Shown: piece by piece, positions 14,373 to 28,380 of the stretch | How the letters are laid out: the number at the start of each line of letters is the position of its first letter | Position numbering within the stretch: the stretch's first letter is position 1 | Source: Octopus vulgaris | Taxonomy: Eukaryota | Assembly (NCBI GenBank): GCA_951406725.2 | Contig: OX597814.1 | Span: 222,890,001-222,954,000 of the forward strand | DNA length: 64,000 nucleotides | Reading direction: 5' to 3' | Position numbers and translations under genes: made by a program | Notes under the pieces: generated by a model | Told to the model about the DNA's origin: nothing | Seen by the model: the letters and a program-made list of their open reading frames with translations, nothing else | The model's database searches: none

Positions 14373-14821
14373 TCACTATTGCAGAGATCCAAATATAAAT
14401 ATGGTTAAATCCAGTGTAGCATTCCGAAATAAGTCTAAAACTTACTGGGACACTGAATCTTAAACACCGGTGATTTGAAGGTAGCTCTTCACTTTTCATT
14501 CTTTGTTAGGGGCATTTAATTACACTTATATCACAAGGCAATTCATGATGTCTGCAACGATGTTCACTTCTCATACATTTCTTCTCATTTATGAAATTGA
14601 TACCCTGTTCTGATGCAACAAGCAAATCGATAAGTTAAAGCAAAATCTGAAGCTACGAGTTAATACCAAAGTGTACGTTAGTCCGACTAAGTTATTCTTA
14701 AAGAATAGCTACTGTGTTCATGCATAGAGACATGCATACATATGCATACACACACACACACATACATACATACACACACACTCACGCCCACACCCTCACA
14801 CACATATATATCCCCCCTCTG

Positions 14822-14871
<50 letters not shown>

Positions 14872-14992
14872 TTTATCAAACTTTTAATAGTTTTGATATT
14901 TATTTAAAAAAATAAAAAAATAAATATATTAATTAATTAATTAATTAAATAATATATAAATATAAAAATATACATATATATATATATATATA

Positions 14993-15376
14993 TCTCTCTC
15001 TATATAAACGGCAGTTTGTCTGTGCGTGTTTCTGTGTGTCTGTTTTCTCGTACCCTCACTCTGACCACGGCTTTCAACCGATTCTGATGAAACTTGACAC
15101 ACACATAGCCCAATGTCATAATTCAAAACTAACGCAGCGAAAATTTTGAAAAGTTCCCCCAGTTCTGAAAAAAATCGATAAATTCGACATGGGGTCGAGA
15201 ATTAGAAACCCAAACCACAGACCGTCTAGGGGACGCAACTCTAACTTTTTTAACTCTCAAAAAAATTTACCATCATTTTTTTTCCATTTTTTTGCTATTT
15301 TTTGGCTATAACTCTCTAAAAATGCTTTATAGTTATTTCCCTTACAAACCTGAGCAACGCCGGGCGATACTGCTAG
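14993..15376 (+). mobile_element. Non-autonomous Helitron
   Basis: A|TCTCTCTCTATATAAACGGCAG...CCTGAGCAACGCCGGGCGATACTGCTAG|T; inserted in a (TA)n tract. Confidence 0.88.
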
Positions 15377-15626
15377 TATATATATATATATATATTTGTA
15401 TATATATATATTTAAAATTTATAAGTTTAATTTATTTAAATATTTTTTAAATTTTTAACTTTTATATTTTAAAATTAATTTTATGTATTGGCTTATGTCT
15501 TTCACTGTTTGATTTGCCTAATAGTGGTTTTATCTCTAATTTAATGTAATATAATATATTTATACTATAAAATTGGATTTAATCCTAAATCTAATTTTTC
15601 CTTGTAAGTTTGGATTTATTCCCTAA

Positions 15627-15668
<42 letters not shown>

Positions 15669-16218
15669 TATGCGCATATATATTTCTGTTGTTTATTAAA
15701 CTTGCATTATGTAGATAGAGTTGTATGGCAAGGGGACGGCGGTAATTACTTTTGCTTCGCAGCAAGACCTAAGTATCAATCAATCAATGGTTAATTACCA
15801 CGGAATATATTACTTGTATCTGAACAAAAGATGAACAATTATAAGCATATAATTCATTACATCAGCAAGTAACTTATTAGTATTATTTTGTTTTGTTTTT
15901 TCACAAATCTCTTCTCTTCTCTTCTAAAATATAGTTCATGCTGTCTTGTACAAAATTACAGGTATTGATTTAACCGTATCACTCGAGCATCTCCCTTGTT
16001 TTTTGTTTTTTTTTATTTCTTAAATAACCTCTGTTTATTGCCTATTCTCCGCTTCTATTTATCACTTTCCTTCACCTCCACTGAACTTTTTTCTATCTCT
16101 TCTCACTTCTTTGCTCTGCTCTATCTTTTATAACTATAGATATTTCTAAAAAGGAAGACTTGTCTCTCATCTTAGAAATCTGACGTCGGGAAAAAGAAAT
16201 AACTACAACAACAACAAC

Positions 16219-16259
<41 letters not shown>

Positions 16260-17867
16260 CAACAATAATATTGATAATAATAATAATCAATTGAAATTTA
16301 AAGCGAAAACGACAAAAATACTTCAACGGAAAACGAGAAAATATATCGTAGGCACAGTTTGTGAACACGTTATTGACACTGCAGTACTTCTTTCGTAGTA
16401 CTAAAAGGAGACAGAAGAGAGAGGGGTAGAGGGAGACACTGAGGAACGTGTGAGTAGGAGGGAGAGAGAATGATTGATTCTGTTGGAAGTGTGAGCTGCA
16501 GAGAGATATAGAGAGAGGGAGATGCTCTCTCCCCTTCATGTTGTTTTCTCTCTTTTATTTTCATCTATGTCTTCTCGTTCCCATTATATCTTTTCTTTTC
16601 TTTTTTTTTCCTTTACTCTTCTTTTTCAATTTTTCGAGCTCCAATTCTTTTCACTTCCGTGTTTTAGTCTGCTAAATAACGCTTCGCCGATCGTATTATC
16701 ATAAAGTGGGAATGGAAGGGCGAGAAAGAAAGAGAGAGAGAGACAGAAAGAGAGAGAGAGAGACAAGGAGAGAGAAAGAGGGAGAGAGAGACGAGGGGAG
16801 AGATAGAAGGGGTGAAATTGTGATAGGGGCGACAAAGTAGACTGGGAGAATGGGAAGACAAAATGGGAGTATGGAAGGAGAAGAGTAGAAAATATATATG
16901 TGTGTGGGGGGGTGAGTGTTATACGTTTATACGTTTATATACATAGAAATATATGCGTATATGTATACACACACATACATATACGCACACACGAATATAT
17001 ATAAATACAAACATATATTCTATATACGTGTGTGTGTGTGTGTGTGTGTGTTTATATATGTATGTACGTGCGTCGGAATATCGGAAAAGAGCTGCGAGGC
17101 GGGGAGAAGAAGAAGAAGAAGATACTGGAGAAAGAGAGTGAAGAAGAGATGAACAGCAGGAGGAAAGAATAAAAGCGAGGAGATGTGTTGCGGTGGCGGT
17201 GGTGGTGGTGGTGGTGGGGGAGGAGTCATGTAGAAAACTGGGCCAAAGAGTGTGAGAGAGGGAAAGAGTGAAAGAGCGGATGGATGAAGGAGAGCGGAGG
17301 AACGGGGTGAAGCGGTAAATGTTGAGATGCGATAGTTTTGTTGTTTCGTTTCGTTTCGTTTTTGTTGTTTCTGTATCGCATTTTAACTATTAACAGCGAT
17401 GTAAAAGGAAATCTTTATAAAGCAACCCGACAATAAAAGCTATATACACATCTACTCTCACCTCGCCTCGATCTCTTGCTAATTGTCTTAGCTTCTACAA
17501 TCGTCATTACCCTTTTCATTGTTGTTCTCTCTTTCTTCACATCTTCGTCGTCGTTATTCTCTGCTCATTCTTTCGAATGAGTAGCATCATGAGCGTTTTG
17601 CGATTTGATTAGATTATGCTTTCGCTGTTTGTCCTTCTTTAGAATATGCATCGCATCGATACGTTGTACATAAAATAAAAGTAAATGAATCTACGTCGGA
17701 TTCGACTATTAGTATTCAATTGTACGATAAGATCAACTACTGGTTCAATTCAATTAACATTCCCCAGATACCTGCGCACTTAATATCATTTACAAACAGT
17801 GACAAAAGTTGAAACTGAGAATTTCAGGTACAACTAAACCGACGGGTTACTGCAATGGGCGTGCTTC

Positions 17868-17899
<32 letters not shown>

Positions 17900-17964
17900 T
17901 GTATGTATGTATGTATGTATGTATGTATGTATGTATGTATGTATGTATGTATATGTATATATAT

Positions 17965-18154
17965 GTAGGTCCCGGGTTGAGTCGGGGTTAACCACAGTAA
18001 ACAAGGTACTCAATACATAGCAGAGTAAATTAATTTATTTTATAGAAGGAGCTTCTACAGAACTAGAACTGTTTCATTCAAATGAAATCATCAGGAAGCT
18101 TCTGATGATTTCATTTGAATGAAACAGTTCTAGTTCTGTAGAAGCTCCTTCTAT
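17965..18154. mobile_element. Non-autonomous Penelope-like/retrozyme-like end with palindromic double hammerhead motif
   Basis: Inverted arms 18042-18094 and 18102-18154; each strand reads CTGATGA-TTTCATTTGAAT-GAAA-CAG...CTG-TA-GAAGCT. Confidence 0.7.
18050..18100 (-). ncRNA. Type I hammerhead ribozyme motif
   Basis: AGCUUC-CUGAUGA-uuucauuugaau-GAAA-CAG uucuaguu CUG-UA-GAAGCU: 6-bp stem I, intact core, short stem II, stem III, GUA cleavage triplet. Confidence 0.7.
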
Positions 18155-18155
18155 G

Positions 18156-18205
<50 letters not shown>

Positions 18206-18300
18206 CTGTATATGTATGTATTTGTATGGTGCCTCTATATATATATATATATATATTCTTTACTCTTTACTCTTTGTTTCAGTCATTTGACTGCGTCAAA

Positions 18301-18356
<56 letters not shown>

Positions 18357-18405
18357 ATGTATATGTATATATTTGTATGGTGCCTCTATATATATATATA
18401 TATAT

Positions 18406-18797
18406 TCTTTACTCTTTACTCTTTGTTTCAGTCATTTGACTGCGTCCATACTGGAGCATCGCCTTTATAGTCGGGCAAATCGACCCCAGAGCTTATTCTT
18501 TGTAAGTCTAGTACTTATTCTATCGGTGTCTTTTGCCGAACCGCCATGTTACGAGGACGTAAACACGCCAACATCGGTTGTCAAGCGACGTTAGGAGGAC
18601 AAAGACACACAAACACACACACATATATACATATATACATATTCGACGGACATCTTTCAGTTTCCGTCTACCAAATTCACTCACAAGGCATTGGTCGGCC
18701 CGAGGCTATAGAAGAAGACACTTGCCCTAGGTGCCCCGCAGTGGGACTGAACCCGGAACCGTGTGGTTGGTAAGTAAGCTACTTACCACACAGCCAC
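18406..18797 (-). mobile_element. SINE group A
   Basis: Full body similarity to 9670-10075; its tail plus flank is duplicated at about 18198-18297. Confidence 0.9.
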
Positions 18798-18898
18798 TAT
18801 GTACACATACATATATATAAAAATATATTTGTATGTGTACATACATACATACATACATACATACATACATACATACATACATACATACATACATACAT

Positions 18899-19355
18899 AG
18901 GCATACGTGTGGTTATGTAGTAAGAACTTTGCCTCCCCTCCGCATATCACATGGTTCCGGGTTCGATCATATTGCGTGGGGCCTCGGGCAATTGTCTTCT
19001 ATTAAGGACGACCAAAGCCTTATGAATGGATTTGGAACACGGAAAATGATAGAAGCCTGCTATACATATCTATTTGTGTGTGTGTATGTGTGTTGTGTGT
19101 GTGTTTGTGTGCGTGTGAATGTGTTCGTGCGCTTGCGTATGTCTGTGTCTGAATTTGTCCCCTAACACCGCTCGAGTCCCTCTTTTAGTTTGTTTACGTC
19201 CATGTAACCTAGCAATTTGGCATATGAGATCCGATAGAATAAGTACTAAGATTTTTTAAAAAGTAATAGGGTCTACTCATTCGACTAAAAGAATTCTTCA
19301 AGGTAGTAGCACAGCATGTCCGCAGTCTAATGACAGATCAAGTAAGAGATAAAAG
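18899..19355 (+). mobile_element. SINE group A, old diverged copy
   Basis: GTGGTTATGTAGTAAG head, CCTCGGGCAATTGTCTTCTA core, CCGATAGAATAAGTACT, ACAGATCAAGTAAGAGATAAAAGA tail. Confidence 0.75.
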
Positions 19356-19396
19356 ATATATTTGTTTGTGTATACACACACACACACATAATATAT

Positions 19397-19435
<39 letters not shown>

Positions 19436-19527
19436 TATTAACTTATTGTATGACTGAGCGCCATCGCGTCGTTTCGTTTCTTTCCTTTCTTTTCTCCAAG
19501 TAAGTTTATATATATATATATATATGT

Positions 19528-19589
<62 letters not shown>

Positions 19590-19594
<5 letters not shown>

Positions 19595-19725
19595 TATACA
19601 AAAATACAAAATGGGACAAGAACGCAAAACATTCAAATAGACAACACAAAAAAAACGGACGGGTCATTCGAAGCCTCTAATCTTCAGTCAAGAACCGGAT
19701 CATCCTCGCAATTTCGGCTTATTAT
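19590..19725 (-). mobile_element. Short repeat fragment in (TA)n; same family as about 60700-60810 (+); possibly a PLE-type end
   Basis: Shared AGCCGAAATT...GACTGAAGATT..AGGCTTCGAATGA block in both copies; flanked by (TA)n. Confidence 0.55.
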
Positions 19726-19727
19726 AC

Positions 19728-19793
<66 letters not shown>

Positions 19794-19861
19794 GTATGTA
19801 TGTATGTATCTTTCTCTCTATCTGTCTTTGTTTTTGTTTCCCTCTAAATTTCAACTATATA

Positions 19862-19982
19862 CGAGGGGTGTAATGAAAAGTTTTGAGTATTCAAGGCCTT
19901 TGAGCCTTGAAGTATTGTACCTTCATCACAAGTCTTGTACCAGGTTCTTTTTTAGAGGCTCAAGACTTTTCATACACCCCTC

Positions 19983-19983
<1 letters not shown>
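19862..19983. mobile_element. mariner-derived MITE
   Basis: TA|CGAGGGGTGTAATGAAAAGT ... ACTTTTCATACACCCCTCG|TA terminal inverted repeats with TA duplication. Confidence 0.85.
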
Positions 19984-20044
<61 letters not shown>

Positions 20045-20645
20045 ATGTATGTATGTATGTACGTATGTATGTATGTATGTATGTATGTATGTATGTATGT
20101 ATGTTTGTATGTATGTATGTATGTATGTATGTATGTATGTATGTATTAATCTATGTATGTATTTATGTATGTGTGTGTGAGAGAGTAGATGAAATAACAA
20201 ATTACTGCGAGTTGATTGAAATATGCATTTCTCATATGAAATTTACGCTAGAAACACCCAAAATGTTTCACATCCTGAAGATAGGCCAGTAAAGGTCTAG
20301 ATATGACATTGGTGGATTGAGAAATATTATCTTGACAAAACACTCAGACAAACTTATATATAAAAAAAGAGCATTGAATATTGTCGTGGTCTGAATATAA
20401 TACGCATTCTCATGCAAAAACATATTCAATATTCAAAGAATCACGCACGCAAATAGCGTACACATACACAGAAACAAATACAATATATATCACTTCATAT
20501 ATTGTACATAACTCAGATGTTGTGTAGAAAGCCCTGCAAATGCGGTATTCGACTTGAGAAATTTTGTATGTAGGTAAAAATGTTAAAAAGCACAGATATA
20601 TCAGTAGCAGACGAAACGTATCTGATAGCGATGGTGGGATTACTA

Positions 20646-20878
20646 TTGGGTTGTCCGGAAAGTTCATGCCGATTTATAGTAGCTTACCTTTCGACTTATT
20701 TTAGAACATGGTTGAATCCATAAAATAGAATTTGACTGCACCTTCATTTAGAGCACAGTTTAAGCTGTCTTTTCGTGAAGAAGGTTTATGTTCCTGTAAC
20801 CTGTGTTAATTCTGTAACCCTTTAAAATGGAAGATAAGAAAGTTCATTTTCGACACTTGATGCTTTGGAACCCATAAT
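20646..20878 (+). mobile_element. Internally deleted mariner element
   Basis: TA|TTGGGTTGTCCGGAAAGTT left TIR; transposase start MEDKKVHFRHLMLW at 20827-20868, typical of a mariner N-terminus; abrupt switch to AACCCA(TA)ATA right-TIR stub. Confidence 0.7.
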
Positions 20879-21765
20879 AGCAATGGCTATCTAGCCCAGA
20901 CTTGTCTCTGGAATATGTCAGTTGGGTGGGAAGAGTCTGTGAAGCACTGAACTATCTTTAAAATACTTAAAATTTTAGCTTGTACAATCACCGTTCAGGT
21001 GTCCATCCTGTACCTGATCGAGTAGTGGGCCGCTGCGTCGAGCACGAAAACTGCAGGTGCGAATCCAAGTGAAGCTGACTGGTCGTGCAATGACCTCAAG
21101 CACAAGTATTAGTGGTATTTTGCATGGGCAATGGTCAGAGATTGTCTTTCTCTGTCACGAGTGGGCAACCATCATCATCGTCATCGTCACTATGTATGTA
21201 TATAAGTTTGTCAACCCAACATGACGATTGCTTCATATACTGTGGTTGAACTGGCATCTGCCTTAAGTTGTCAGCGCCTGCAGAACATGGTTTACCATGA
21301 AGCTGCTTCATGTAATACAAATTTTCCTTATATAGATATTTAAACAAATTTTTCTATCTAATTCTATCATTCCCTAGACGCATGCTATTAACATCGTTGC
21401 AATGTACTTGAGAAGCCGTTCTATGAAAAGGGACAGAAGCTTGTCCAATGAGCTGCACTCAATAAAAAAAATACACAGAGGTGCACAAGCAGGCACACAC
21501 TCACATACATGCACACACACACGCACGCACGCACACACACACACACACTCTCACTCATATTTATGCACATCAGAGCGTAATATGATGTGCCTTTGCTCTA
21601 AAATAATTGGTTCTTCATTGTGTTTTACAAGTGTGTCTATATATATATGTTCATTCCGGTGGTTCAGTCACTTTTCCTGACATTCATCATATTATTCCTT
21701 ATAATATAATTCCATTTTCACTATTATATATTTTGAGCTCGTTGCTCGAAATTTACCCTCCTTTT

Positions 21766-22251
<486 letters not shown>

Positions 22252-22559
22252 TATATACTTTATTGGGTTTGTTCATGTTTCTGTGAAATATTTTACTGAA
22301 GAGAAGGCTCGAGAGGCCTTCCCCACGCTTGTTTTTCTTTTTTGCTAATTTGTTCAATATTTTTGACTTGTATTTTTTCATACACGCTTATTCTATTTTT
22401 GTTGGTGAAAAACAATTCTCAAATTTTAGTGAAGCGTTTTCACGACTCTATTGCAATCCTAGCGAAACACTTTCCAGTTTCGTAATTTTGCTAATGGCCT
22501 TCTGCAGAAGAATGAAAAAGAATACATTTTGCCAATCATCTGTGTCGTTTCTTTACAGA

Positions 22560-22670
22560 TGGCTCTGCCAGAAATCAGTTCTCATCTTGGAGAACTTCTT
22601 TAAACAATATAGTCGGCATGTGCTTGTAGAAATACTATGATTTCTTTCTTGTACAATTTACTTTCAAGCT
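22560..22670 (-). pseudogene. Possible decayed Penelope GIY-YIG C-terminal remnant
   Basis: Minus translation KIVQERNHSISTSTCRLYCLKK resembles the PLE C-terminal KI...Y...CxLCLxEK motif; very degenerate. Confidence 0.3.
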
Positions 22671-22894
22671 AATACTTTTTCACTCATTTTTAACTGCTTT
22701 AACATTCTAATACCAAATTCTTTTTAGCTGAGCTTTTGAACTTTCTTATCCTGCATGTTCCTTTCTACCTAAATCTTTTTCTTATCAATCTCAGGTTAAC
22801 TGAACAAGATTTGCTATCTTTATTTGCTATTACTGTTTTTACTACCATTTCAATTTCTGTTTTGGTCGAAATCAGTTTTATTTCTTGTCTCTCA

Positions 22895-23040
22895 TCTCTC
22901 TAGGATCTATAAAACAAGGCGTCAGTAATGTACTGGGATCGATTTCATTAACTGTACCAGATTTTATTGGCCTTGTGTCCAAATCCGTCACGATTTTTAT
23001 TATTATTGTTGTTGTTGTAGTAGTAGTAGTTGTTGTAGTT

Positions 23041-23092
<52 letters not shown>

Positions 23093-23975
23093 CTGTTGTT
23101 GTTGTTATTACTTGAAAAAAATGTTCCACAGCATTTCTTTCGAATGGCCCATTTGAGTTCAAGTACCTCCGAGGTGGACATTACCTTTCATGCTTTCGGG
23201 AACGATAAAATAACTATCAGTGAAGTAATAGACTGCCCCTTCAACTCAAAAACAGCTGGTTCTGCACCACAATTCGAAACCATTATTATTATTACTTGGC
23301 TAAAATGTTTCTCAGCATTTCTTTCTAATATCCATTTTGAGTTCAAATTTCGCCGAGGTCGAATTTACCTTTCACCCTCCGGGATCAATAAAGTAGGTAC
23401 CGGTGAAATACTGGAGTCGCTGTCATCGAATTTCCCTCCCCTCAAAAACCGCTGGCCTTGTGCAAAAATTTAAAACATAAGGTGGTTGGCTGGCAGAATT
23501 GTTAGCACATCGGGAAAAATACTTAGCGGCAATTTGTCTGCCACTACATTCTGAGTTCAAGTTCAGCCAAGGTCACCTTTGCTTTTTATCCTTTCGGGGT
23601 TAATTAAATAAGTACCACTGGAGTTGAGGTCATCCACTTCATCCCACCCCACAAGCTGCCCTTGTGACAAAAACTTGAAATAAGGTGGTGAGCTGGCAGA
23701 ATCGTTCGCACTACGGCGCTACGTTTTGATTTTAAATTCCGCCAAGGTCGACTTCGCCTTTCATCTTTTCGAGGTCGATTAGCAAAGTACCACCAGAAAA
23801 CTGGGGTCAATGAAATCGACTAGTCTCTTCCCCCAAAGTTCCAGCCTTGCGCCGTTAGAAGAAAGAACTATTATTATTACTAAGGCGTCGATCTGACAGA
23901 ATGGTAAGTATGGTGGAGAAAATAATCAGTGGCGTTTCTGCCAGATATTTGAATTTTAAGTTTAATTAACGCAAA
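22895..23975 (+). mobile_element. Cluster of about six co-oriented, diverged SINE group B copies
   Basis: Repeated TGAGTTCAAATT..GCC(G/A)AGGTCGAC..TGCCTTTCATCCTTTCGGGG bodies near 23150, 23340, 23550, 23730 and 23950, plus a tail at 22900-22995; separated by (TAT)n/(TAG)n. Confidence 0.8.
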
Positions 23976-24170
23976 GTCTAAAATAAGAATGTTTGTATGG
24001 TAGGAAGAGAAGAACATTCTAAAATTTCAAGTAGAATTTTTCTCAGAAATGAATGGAATTTTGTATTGGTGTAATGTAAGGCATTTTCTTTTCTGATGCG
24101 TGACAATTCTACCAAGCAATCGGCTTCAACAATTGCAAGAAAAATATGTGTGTCTGTGCGTGCACGCGTA

Positions 24171-24278
<108 letters not shown>

Positions 24279-24428
24279 TCTTGATTAGAACTGCACGACA
24301 AACGGGAACGTAAAACTCTGAGAAGCAGTATTTCGTGATGTTCTTGCAGCATATTACACTACTTCCGATATTCGAGTACTGTTTTTTCCACCTTATTTTG
24401 TATTTATGTGCTTACTCGTGTGTGTGTG

Positions 24429-24479
<51 letters not shown>

Positions 24480-25285
24480 CGTGCATGCATGTATAAAATC
24501 AAAATAAGTAACAGGATGTCAAGTAGTAGTGCAATATGACCGTTTCAAGCGGTTCCATTTAAAAGAACACTGCAAGCATTACATCAATTTAAATACAGCG
24601 CTATCTTCAGTTGCAATAAACATGGATTTTCAACAGACAAGACATATTAATATATTTTTCCCGAATATTTCGTCGGAGCTAGAGGATGAAGGAATTTCCT
24701 GCTGTCACTATTGCAGCATGAATAATCTAAGAGAAGAACTACAATTTTGGAGTGGCATGGAACACAGTGAGGGTATAGGATTATAATCCATTTCTAATAT
24801 TTTTTTATCTACCTTCTTATCATCAGCAAAATACCTAAGGCTAGAATACTACGTTTATTGAGAATAAAGACCACTGTGGGTTGACAGCTGCTCATAAATA
24901 GATATTACTAGATGTTTCACCTATTCCTTAATTTCTTACTATTTCTTAATTCCTTATAACCATAGATACTCTTCATCACAAAAAGAAACAAACTTTGATT
25001 TTTTACTGTCATAGCTACCCCTCGTCACAAAAAGATATAAACTTTAGGAGTCAACTGGATAGTAGTAAGAGCCCATAATAGAGGTACGTAGGGGTGACAT
25101 CAACTCTCGTCATTATTTTCAGTTAAAGGGACGTACGCTATGAAAGTTAGGACACCATACTGTGATCTAGTAAAGCATTAAGAGCTCAGAGGAAAAACTG
25201 TATAATCAAGGTATAGCAAAAGCCCGTGTAATATTATGTTGTATAACAATAAAAATAAGAGGGATATACAGCTCAGTTTAAACAT

Positions 25286-25347
<62 letters not shown>

Positions 25348-25614
25348 CGTGTATGTATGTATTTGTATGCATAGCAACAGATGGAGTTGCTTACTAAGGC
25401 AGAGAAGAGAATGAAGTGAAGTGTAAGGGAGAAGGGAAAGATGGAGAGAAAGAAATCAAAGTGCATTATATGAATTACAAAAAATATATGACAAAAGGCG
25501 CTAATGAAAAAAAAAAAAAGAGAGGAAAATATAGAAACACACCTGAAAATGAAAATATGAAAAATAAACCAATAAAAGCACAACAAAAAAAAAGTAAGAA
25601 TTGTTTAAAGAGAA

Positions 25615-25647
25615 TATTGATGATGATGATGATGATGATGGTAGTGG

Positions 25648-25682
<35 letters not shown>

Positions 25683-25872
25683 GTAGTGGTGATGATGCTG
25701 AAGAAAATTGCGATAAGGATGATGTTCATCATCCTGATCATAATTATGTAGTTGATATTAGTCGTATTTGGCGTGGTCGAAATGAAGTGAAAAACAACGC
25801 GATTGGATAAAGATATAACGGAAGAGGAAGGACGACAAAAAAACTACTACTGCTACAGCTGCTGCGGCTGCT

Positions 25873-25934
<62 letters not shown>

Positions 25935-26101
25935 ACTACTACTACTACTACCACTACTACTACTACTACCACCACTACTACTACTTCTGATAATAATAAT
26001 AATAATAATGATAATAATAATAGTAGTAGTAGCAGTAGTAGTAGTAGTAGCAGCAGCAAGTTATTGTTGTAGTAGTAGTAGTAGTAGCAGCAGCAAGTAA
26101 T

Positions 26102-26163
<62 letters not shown>

Positions 26164-26200
26164 TAGTAGTAGTAATAGTAGTAGTAATGCTACTACTAAG
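25615..26200. repeat. Compound trinucleotide array (GAT, CTA, CTG, TAA, TAG, CAG)
   Basis: Read directly; a similar compound array lies at 34056-34290. Confidence 0.9.
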
Positions 26201-27921
26201 ACCTGCATCATCAGAAAAAAACTCTTCACGAAATGAAAAAACATACGAAGAAAATGTTAGGAAATGAAGTAGAGTATAATCAACAACAACAACAAGATGA
26301 AGAATAAACGAAGCGAAAAAATAGAGTCATAGCATGGAATAGGAAGAATGAGAAGAAAAAGAAATCGACTCTCATCAGCACCACTCACATTATCTCCATC
26401 ATTGCTACCATTAACATCATAAGAAATATATAAAAAAAAAAAAAACACTTTCACCACAGCCATCACAACAATCACTTCGAACGACAACGGCAAGAAGAAC
26501 AACAATATATATCTAATTAACGTTCCCAGTGAAAGGAAATCCTAAGTTTTAGAGAGAAAAAAATCAGAAAGACTTAATTGTTATTACTACACTGCTGTTG
26601 TTTGTTCAAACCGTTTAAACGAATTTCGGTTTGTCTTTGCACTCAGGCTGTTGCTAACTACATTTATTATTGTTGTTGTTTTCGCTATTATTCATATTAT
26701 TTTTGCTTGTGTTCAGATCTTCCACCCCCGCTTTTTTTTTTGTAGTTGTTTGTAAAGTTGTAACCACCATTTTATTACTATTTTTGCTCCTTTTCGTGAA
26801 TTAATAATTATCGCTGTTATTATTCATGGTGCCTTCTTTACTCTCCGTTTGCGTGTGCCGCGGCTGTTTGTGTCATTACAAGGCTTCTATGATTCCCGTG
26901 TTGCTATGCTATTGTTGCCCTTTTGCTAGTGGAGCCATTATTGCTATGCTAAAAAGCAATTTAATTAACTACACCGAAACAGTTGACTAAATTCTTTGTT
27001 GTGTTTAGATTTGGCTATCTATGTTTTCTAATTATAATTCCATATCCAATCCGTCAGAATTGATAAAATACCAAACATATTATTTATTAAGTAAATCATG
27101 TCACACTTCGAGAACACTATTTACCTCTATAAAAAATAAATTCTGATTGCTGGTATATTATTGTTACTGCATCCCTGAAGAGATTTTATAAGACAGGATT
27201 ATATCAGATTTGTCACAGTGCTTCCTGAAGACCAAATTCATTCTCACTGCAAGTCACCAGTCAATTTTTAATCAATTTAAATTTTGTTGTTCTTTCTATT
27301 TTCTTTCTTGCAAGAAGTTTCATTAACGATAATGAATTTTCTTTTCATTACATGGTGGGTGGTAATTTAAATTAATTAAAATTCTTTTCGTCTCACTACA
27401 TTAAGTAAGCCCGCACTTGATTAAAATATTTTGTGAATTTGATGAAAACTTAGAACAGCACAGCACATACATGTTTCATAGTATTTGAATACAGCCTCTT
27501 ATGATATTAAGTTCAAGTTTTAATAGGATCAACTTTAACTAGAACTAATAATTTCTAAGATCGGTTAAATCAATTGATGCCTTCTTGTTACCAACTCTCT
27601 TCATGGACACAGAAAATACTTAATATTATAGTTGTTAACCTTTGTGGTTACGTTAATGTCACCCCTAAAATCCATACTTGGCGGTGTCGATTGATTAACA
27701 GACACCCAACCGAGAATTCGACAGTTGTTATCGTGTGTACAATATATTTAAAGCAGAACGACTTATACGATAATAAAAATAAATATATTAAGCTAGAATG
27801 GTTAATACCTATAGACCATGATGTGTAACTTAAAGTTTGTGAGCGTTAAGTTACGCAAAAGGATAGAAAATCTTTTTGTAAGCGTGAAGTTTAATAGAGA
27901 CGTTAAGTAGTTAACTGTACA

Positions 27922-28380
27922 TACAAGAGATGTTCATTAAATACTTCTCCTGGCCCACTTCTGGTTATTGCAGGAAACGGAGCTTGTAGAGATATAATTA
28001 TAAATGTTTCTATATGTCACCTTGTAAATTGCAGCTTCACACTAGTATTCGTTTGCCTTTTACGGCAGCTGAAGTGGACTAGGGTGTTGCAAAAGAGGCA
28101 GTTGGATGCAGATCAGTGATCAGGTTCTAATACTTGAAAGGTCGAAGTCAAGCATTGGCATCGCCAGTTCAAATGTGGTCAGACATCGGTGAAAACTACT
28201 CCTATTCTCGGATGATCACATTCTACCATAAAGACAACCACACCATCCATTAATTGGAAGCCGCCGTTTTGGAGGATCGTATAACTCTATCAATGAAACA
28301 TTCAGTGTTTCCAAAATGAAATATAATCCTGTTTACTTTACTTCATTTTATATGTATTATTTCATTATTAACTTTTGTTC
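27922..28380 (+). mobile_element. Decayed mariner (irritans/Himar-like) remnant
   Basis: TACAAGAGATGTTCATTAAATA left-TIR-like start; VGCRSVIRF*YLKGR near 28101-28145 resembles a mariner transposase N-terminus. Right end uncertain. Confidence 0.45.

Noticed and set aside
19655-19722. GAAA...CUGAAGA order suggesting a type II hammerhead (also at 60703-60755)
   Set aside because: Stems I and III and the NUH triplet could not be formed consistently in both copies.
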